From NCBI GenBank assembly GCA_041690355.1, contig JAWLHK010000016.1, positions 1-64,000 of the forward strand: a stretch of 64,000 nucleotides of DNA, written 5' to 3'. Below the pieces are notes generated by a model. It was not told the DNA's origin, ran no database searches, and saw only the letters and a list, made by a program, of their open reading frames with translations. The position numbers and the translations under genes are program-made. This document shows positions 59,593 through 64,000 of the stretch, piece by piece. How positions within the stretch are numbered: position 1 is the stretch's first letter; each line of letters begins with the position of its first letter. This DNA comes from a bacterium. GTDB taxonomy: Bacteria; J088; JAWLBW01.

Positions 59593-61227
59593 ATGCGCTT
59601 CCAATACGCTCTTTTTCTTTCGCTCTTCCTCGCCGCCGGCTGTCTGTCGGACGAAGAAGAAACACCCGTCGTGCTCTCGGAAGAGACCAAGGCTTTCAAC
59701 GCCTGTCTGGATGGCGTCGAAGCCGGCGAGAAACCGCTCATCGTCGCGCGGGAGTGCGAGGCGCTCTGCAAGGCCAAGAAGCCCAATCGCGTGGCCTGCG
59801 GCGCCATGGCCCTCGCCTACGTGCAGGACATCGGTAAGGAAGTGGGCAAGTACGCAAGCCTGCTGAAGCCCAGCCAGAGCCCGGCCGATTTCGCCCTGCA
59901 GACCGCCTCGAGCGAACTCGAAGCGGCGCGGCGCCTGCAGCCGAACATCGACGTCGGCCAGTTCATCGAACCGTACATCGCCGCCATCGTCGACGACCTG
60001 CGCGGCATTCGCGAAGGGGTGCACGGCTACCTCAACGCACCGACGGGCGCGACGGGCCAGGCCCCCGACATCGAGATTGAGAAGCTGCCTCTCGATACCG
60101 GGCTCGTGGCCTTCATTTACGATCGTCCCGACAGCTTCGCGCTGAAGGGATACTGGAGAGAGAGCGACATGGCCGCCCTCGGCGCCGCCGCCAATCTCGG
60201 GCTCGCCGTCGTCGACTTCCTGTATGCCCACAACCTGAACGTCAACATCCCCCCCAGCGCCGAATTCAGCGGGGGCCTTGCCGTTCTGCTCAGCACCGCC
60301 GTACAGATTCTCGATGACAGCCGCGAATTTCTGCTGCTGCAGGACCCGGTCACGCACGAGCTGTCGCGCGATCAGCTCCACGCGTTCTTCGCGCTGCTCG
60401 CCGGTCGCGCCATCGGTGACGACGTCGTGCCCGCCTACGCAGGTCTGCTCGCGGCGCTGGAACGGGACTTCGCAGCCGAGTCCGTGCGCGAGGGGAACCT
60501 TTTCCAGGTCTCGGACATCGACGGCGACGGGACGCTCAGCCGCGGTGACGCCATGAAGCTCACGCTGCTCGTGAACGACAAGGATGTCGACCTCGCCTTT
60601 CCGTATCCGCTCAGCGCCACGCTGACCCAGGAAATCTTCGCCTTTCTGAAGGGGCATGCCGACAACTTCGACGGCGGCCCGGCGGTTCACGTCGCGCCGC
60701 TCGTGAACTCGGCATTCCGTGAATTCGCCATCCTGGCCTTCGCGGGCACGAAATCGATGCCTGACGCCGTGGCCATCGATCTGCTCGATTTCTACACCGA
60801 TTTCGACGGCGTCCGCCGGTTGCTCCCTTTCTGGTACTACGACGGGGGCGGCAGCGGCTCGAACCCCGACTACTTCGACAATGCCAGCAATTACACGACG
60901 GGCGGCTACTACATCGCCTACGAAGGTGAAGGCTGGATCGACGAGGCCCACTTTCAGTGGACGGGCGACATCACCCTCGACTGGCTCGAATTCGGCGACG
61001 CGCCGGGCGGATTCGCCGCCGACGGCGTTTCTACGGAAACCGCCGCGACTGAGCTCCCCTACGTGCTCTGGCAGGATCCGGCCTTTGCCGGCCTGTTGAA
61101 GCTGAACCTGACGCCGCTCATCGATTACGGGGTCCTCTCGACCCTGGCGGTCGACGAGTTCGCCGATCCGGACAATCGCCAGGTGAACGCGGGACTCAAT
61201 GCGCTGATTCTCTGGGCGCAGGAATAA
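59593..61227 (+). CDS. hypothetical acidic lipoprotein with EF-hand-like loop
   Basis: AGGAG RBS; lipobox LAAGC; DIDGDGTLSRGD; followed by a terminator. Confidence 0.8.
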   Translation: MRFQYALFLSLFLAAGCLSDEEETPVVLSEETKAFNACLDGVEAGEKPLIVARECEALCKAKKPNRVACGAMALAYVQDIGKEVGKYASLLKPSQSPADFALQTASSELEAARRLQPNIDVGQFIEPYIAAIVDDLRGIREGVHGYLNAPTGATGQAPDIEIEKLPLDTGLVAFIYDRPDSFALKGYWRESDMAALGAAANLGLAVVDFLYAHNLNVNIPPSAEFSGGLAVLLSTAVQILDDSREFLLLQDPVTHELSRDQLHAFFALLAGRAIGDDVVPAYAGLLAALERDFAAESVREGNLFQVSDIDGDGTLSRGDAMKLTLLVNDKDVDLAFPYPLSATLTQEIFAFLKGHADNFDGGPAVHVAPLVNSAFREFAILAFAGTKSMPDAVAIDLLDFYTDFDGVRRLLPFWYYDGGGSGSNPDYFDNASNYTTGGYYIAYEGEGWIDEAHFQWTGDITLDWLEFGDAPGGFAADGVSTETAATELPYVLWQDPAFAGLLKLNLTPLIDYGVLSTLAVDEFADPDNRQVNAGLNALILWAQE

Positions 61228-61627
61228 CGCGCCCCAATCCTGTTTGCACGCGGGGGAGCTTCGGCTCCCCCTTTTTTGTTTCTCCGTTCCGACCCGCCGC
61301 GCGGGCCCCGAACTCGGCCCGCATGCGCATCTTGAGCAGCAGAAGGCCCTGCTGCAGGTCGCGTGTTCTCGTCCCCAGAAGGCGCTCGCTCAGCACGGCC
61401 ATGGGGCGGCTGAAGGTCACGGTGAGCACGACGACGACGCCGTCGGAGACCGGAATGACGAACCAGGTGCATCGCGACGGCGGACGTCGCCGCCGGTTCG
61501 CCGTGCGATTCATCCTGTGCGACAGCCACTCGACCCACGGTCGCAGCCACGCATGCGGCGGCGCGCACAAGCGGCGCCGATCCGGCTCGGCCTCTACCTC
61601 CAGGTGCACGGCTTGCTGAATGCGCAT
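61196..61627 (-). CDS. possible small or degenerate SRPBCC-like protein
   Basis: TACACT 6 nt before the ATG; W.VIP..DG...LTVTF and a C-terminal helix resemble SRPBCC. The 3' end runs through the terminator into the neighbouring gene. Confidence 0.3.
   Translation of the reverse strand: MRIQQAVHLEVEAEPDRRRLCAPPHAWLRPWVEWLSHRMNRTANRRRRPPSRCTWFVIPVSDGVVVVLTVTFSRPMAVLSERLLGTRTRDLQQGLLLLKMRMRAEFGARAAGRNGETKKGEPKLPRVQTGLGRVIPAPRESAH
61252..61281 (+). terminator. intrinsic terminator with UUCG loop
   Basis: GGGGGAGC-TTCG-GCTCCCCC-TTTTTTGTTT. Confidence 0.9.
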
Positions 61628-61799
61628 GCCCGCAGTGTAGAGACCGGCGCAAATACCGCGCGAACGAGGGCGGTCACCCGGTAACCCCGCACCCCTCGGC
61701 GCGCCGCCCCGCAGAGGCCCCGTGGCTTTCGGACGACCGCAGGCGATTGGTAGACTCACGCATGCAAGCAATCGAGTCTTTTTCTACTCGCAGGCGGGT

Positions 61800-63009
61800 A
61801 TGAATCTACCAAACCGATGCCTCGTCATCGACGACACCCCGGCGCTGGCCGAAACGCTCGAGCGCGCTCTGCACGGAAAACCGTGGAGTATCGAAGTGTG
61901 CACCGAAACCGCCGCGTACGAACGCGCCCTGCAGCGCGGCACCTTTGACGTGCTCGTCGTGAGCCTGGGCGCTACTTTCGGCGGCGGCGGCCCCGCCCTG
62001 CTCGAAGCTGCCGCGGCGGCGCTGCCGGCGAGCATCCGCATCGCGGCGGCCGAGCCGCGCCACGTACCGCTGGCCGAACGGGCGGTGAACCAGGGGGGCG
62101 TGTTCCGCTTCTTCGTGCTGCCGTGGAACTTTGACGACGTGCGCGCTTCGTTTCACCAGGCGCGCGAACAGCTGCGCATGCAGGACGAGATACACCGTCT
62201 GCACCACGTGACGCGCCTGCAGAACGAGGCGCTGCGGCAGTGGGCCGAGACGCTCGAAGCGCGCGTCGAGACCCGCACCCGCGAGCTGCGCGAATCCGAA
62301 GAACGCCGCGCACAATCCGAAAAGCTGGCCGCCCTGGGCCAGCTGGCCGGCGGGGTGGCGCACGAAATCAACAATCCGCTCGGGTCAATCCTGCTCTTCG
62401 CCCAGGCGGCCCGTCGCGAACTCGCCGACACGCACGCCGCGGCGCGCGACCTCGCAGAGATCGAGTCGGCGGCGCGCCGGGGAAAACGGATCGTCGAAGG
62501 CCTGCTCTCGTTCTCACGCCGCGCCCGGCCCGAAGAACGCGAAGAAACCGACCTGGCTGCGTTCGTGCGAAGCCGCGAAACCCTGCTTCGCTCGGCCGCC
62601 CCGCGCCTCGCGGTGCAGAGCGGGGGAGAGCTGTACGTGCGCCTTCATGTCCATCAATTCGAGCAGGTACTGCTGAACCTGCTCGCCAACGCCGACCAGG
62701 CCATGCAGGGCGAAGGCACCGTGCGCCTCGCGCTGCGTGAAACGGGAGAGCAGATCGAAATCAGCGTCGAAGACGACGGCCCGGGCATCGCGCCGGAGCA
62801 CCTCGCGCATGTCTTCGAACCCTTCTTCACGACACGCGCGCCGGGCAAGGGCACGGGCCTCGGTCTGGCCCTCGTCTACGGCATCGTGCGCGACCACGGC
62901 GGCGAGATCACGGCAGAGAATCTTCCCGAGGGGGGCGCACGCTTCTGCATCCGCCTCCCCCGCTGCGCTTCGGCGCAATCGCACTCCTTGAACACCCAGG
63001 CAGAGATCC

Positions 63010-63020
<11 letters not shown>
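61800..63020 (+). CDS. pseudo-receiver + NtrB-type histidine kinase
   Basis: [43 protein letters not shown]. Confidence 0.9.

Positions 63021-64000
<980 letters not shown>

Overview
A high-GC bacterial chromosomal region, most like an uncultured Deltaproteobacteria/Myxococcota relative (MshEN/FrgA-like protein, REC-PilZ, sigma-54 NtrC system, PEGA proteins). One 10-N scaffold gap lies at 43694-43703. From left to right it holds: the promoter/leader of an rRNA operon running off the left edge; REC-PilZ; two tandem PEGA/beta-barrel paralogs; an MshEN protein; a glycosylase and a GNAT; a cobalamin-riboswitch-controlled btuB / beta-propeller lipoprotein / btuC / btuD operon; a 2986-aa Ig-repeat/IPT/Kelch surface lipoprotein with a perfect CRP-type box at -41.5; mlaE-mlaE-mlaD; a degenerate thermonuclease; a PIN toxin-antitoxin pair; a TetR(FadR)-acyl-CoA dehydrogenase-etfBA-FadF/EMO fatty-acid cluster with a Bacillus-type FadR box; tlpA-like and murI; a 4-TM YvlD gene coupled to a 910-aa class III cyclase-like protein with non-canonical specificity residues; amgK, sprT-like, mobA, trmFO, ALDH, Nudix, patatin, obgE, tRNA-Glu(CTC), a hybrid kinase; an inverted proB-proA-nadD-rsfS-rlmH-gpmI block; an HD hydrolase; orphan lipoproteins; and a kinase plus a partial NtrC regulator. 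I saw no CRISPR array, integrase or transposase. Best leads: the YvlD + atypical cyclase pair, the CRP-type promoter on the giant surface protein, dispersed heptamer-repeat/hairpin elements, and recurrent leaderless gene starts. All calls come from manual motif reading; no searches were run.
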